Shown here: piece after piece, positions 46,256-47,443 of the stretch
Layout of the letters: every line of letters starts with the position of its first letter
How positions within the stretch are numbered: position 1 is the stretch's first letter
Source of the DNA: an uncultured Lachnospiraceae bacterium
GTDB lineage: Bacteria; Bacillota; Clostridia; UBA1381
Direction: 5' to 3'
Assembly: GCA_964561265.1 (NCBI GenBank)
Contig: CAZLOX010000002.1
Coordinates: forward strand, 1 to 47,443
Length of the DNA: 47,443 bases
Notes under the pieces: model-generated
Databases searched by the model: none
The model's input: the letters and a program-made list of their open reading frames with translations, nothing else
What the model was told of the DNA's origin: nothing
Position numbers and translations under genes: made by a program

Positions 46256-46294
46256 ACTTTGTGAATATTACAGTTTAGTTTGTGAATTTTACAT
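46256..46294. promoter_or_regulatory. Imperfect 18-nt direct repeats with 21-bp period (LytTR-type response-regulator site candidate)
   Basis: ACTTTGTGAATATTACAG (46256-46273) and AGTTTGTGAATTTTACAT (46277-46294) are 15/18 identical. ACAGTTTAG lies at 46270-46278. On the minus strand the repeats are followed directly by TTGATT-17-TAAAAT (46252-46224). Confidence 0.45.
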
Positions 46295-46310
46295 TACAAT
46301 ATTTTACAGG

Positions 46311-47443
46311 TTACTGTGTATAATTCAGATCCATAACGATAAATGACAAAATATATCTGTGTTCGTTATGCTCTATATTAAACACACTCTCATAATTGTT
46401 TAATGATTTTTCTATATTTGAGCGTCCTATGCCGTGGTTTTTGACATCTTTTTTGCTTGTTATTCCGTCCGGACTGCCGGCGCATGAGTTTTCGATCCTG
46501 CATATCAGGGAATTGTTCTCATATGAAATCAATACCTCAATATACGGCTTGTCCTCAACCTTTTCGCACGCCTCAATTGCATTGTCAAGAGCATTTCCGA
46601 AAATTATACATATATCGTTTTCGTGTATTGGAATACTGCGCGGAATACAGAGATTGGCGTTAAACGATATGTGTTTTTTCTCGGCTTCTTCTTTTTTTGC
46701 GCTGAGTATTGCGTCAAGTACGGTATTTCCTGTGTCAAATTCAAATGCGCCGCCTGCGTTTACGCTGTCCAGCATTTTGCTGACATACTGCAGGCAGTCT
46801 GCGTATTCTTTTTTATTGAGTTTCGCATATATGGACAGCATATGATTTTTCAGATCGTGCCTCAGACCTTTTATCTGATTCTGTGACATTATCATCGCGT
46901 TGTAGTGCCTGATCTGATTGTTAAGCTGCATCTGTGACAGCTTTTGGCGGGATATCTGTATCTGCTGTTTTAATGTGTTTTCGTACAGATACAGTATAAT
47001 TACCGTAATAATGAGCATAAGAAATGTACATATGGTAAGTATATTTCTTATATAGTTGTCTGTGAAGTTATTCTCTGCATTGTATGCCAGTATCATATAA
47101 AATAATCCTATAATAAGATTAGCAGACGCAAACATTACAGTGAAGAATCCCCAGTAATTTGTGTTCAGCAGTTCAAATTCACGCTTTACCCGATAACTTA
47201 TAAATTTTGCGCAGATCAGGCTTGATGATTTGGATATTATAATTCCCGCTATTCTGAACATTCCGTTGGATACCAATGAACGGATATTTATATCAAACAA
47301 AACGGACAGAAGCAATAATGTTATAATTTCAGTCATAATAGAAATCATACAGCTCAGCATGATTGCCATCATATGTGTCTTTAATGTTCCGCAGTATACA
47401 AATGATACAGACAATGATACGATTACAGTAACAAAAAAGTTTA
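46311..47443 (-). CDS. AgrC/ComD-like (HPK10, GHKL) sensor histidine kinase, 5'-truncated by the window edge
   Basis: Polytopic N-terminus, an H-box (GLRHDLKNHM), an N-box (GNALDNAIEA) and a G-box (NHGIGRSNI). The frame stays open upstream of the TTG track start to position 47443. Confidence 0.8.
   Translation of the reverse strand, partial: NFFVTVIVSLSVSFVYCGTLKTHMMAIMLSCMISIMTEIITLLLLSVLFDINIRSLVSNGMFRIAGIIISKSSSLICAKFISYRVKREFELLNTNYWGFFTVMFASANLIIGLFYMILAYNAENNFTDNYIRNILTICTFLMLIITVIILYLYENTLKQQIQISRQKLSQMQLNNQIRHYNAMIMSQNQIKGLRHDLKNHMLSIYAKLNKKEYADCLQYVSKMLDSVNAGGAFEFDTGNTVLDAILSAKKEEAEKKHISFNANLCIPRSIPIHENDICIIFGNALDNAIEACEKVEDKPYIEVLISYENNSLICRIENSCAGSPDGITSKKDVKNHGIGRSNIEKSLNNYESVFNIEHNEHRYILSFIVMDLNYTQ

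Noticed and set aside
1-47443. Search for CRISPR arrays, tRNA/rRNA genes, transposases, integrases and phage or defence gene clusters
   Set aside because: I saw no regularly spaced repeats, no cloverleaf-compatible segments in the intergenic regions, and no DDE, tyrosine/serine recombinase or typical defence-system motifs in any ORF. The window looks like core chromosome plus CAZyme genes.

Overview
The window looks like a chromosomal segment of a low-GC Gram-positive anaerobe. The Clostridia-like assignment rests on gene content and SLH-anchored surface proteins and is inference only. There are about 40 protein genes, mostly on the minus strand.

- **Housekeeping genes:** metG, aspS, rpsT, panBCD, trmL, degV, DAHP synthase, serine acetyltransferase, an ApgM-type mutase, a GltD-like oxidoreductase and a TIGR01212 radical-SAM protein.
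- **Plant cell-wall set:** an AraC regulator, a ~1420-aa LamG-GH43-GH43-AbfB-like enzyme, a PL11 rhamnogalacturonan lyase fused to BspA-type LRRs, a feruloyl-esterase-like hydrolase, an acetyl-esterase-like hydrolase and a sugar O-acetyltransferase.
- **Envelope and sensing modules:** a BlaI/BlaR1-like pair, an ABC/ABC-2/GldG/DUF4340 cassette, two SLH proteins, and an AgrC-like kinase cut by the window end.
- **Not seen by eye:** rRNA, tRNA, CRISPR arrays, transposases or integrases.

The most interesting signals lie outside the supplied ORF track:
1. A convergent 27-aa hydrophobic ORF plus antisense promoter at 41.4-41.8 kb, which resembles a type I toxin-antitoxin module.
2. A Phe/Tyr-rich 32-codon leader ORF with a terminator upstream of DAHP synthase, which resembles a leader-peptide attenuator.
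3. A ~230-nt multi-hairpin duplicated element in the metG leader that is not a T-box.
4. An in-frame TrmL-DegV junction running through a (GAAAG)3 repeat.
5. LytTR-style direct repeats next to the AgrC-like kinase.
6. Paired operators for the BlaI-like repressor, and an in-frame TGA at the start of its BlaR1-like partner.

All functional calls rest on motif and family recognition by eye. No searches were run.
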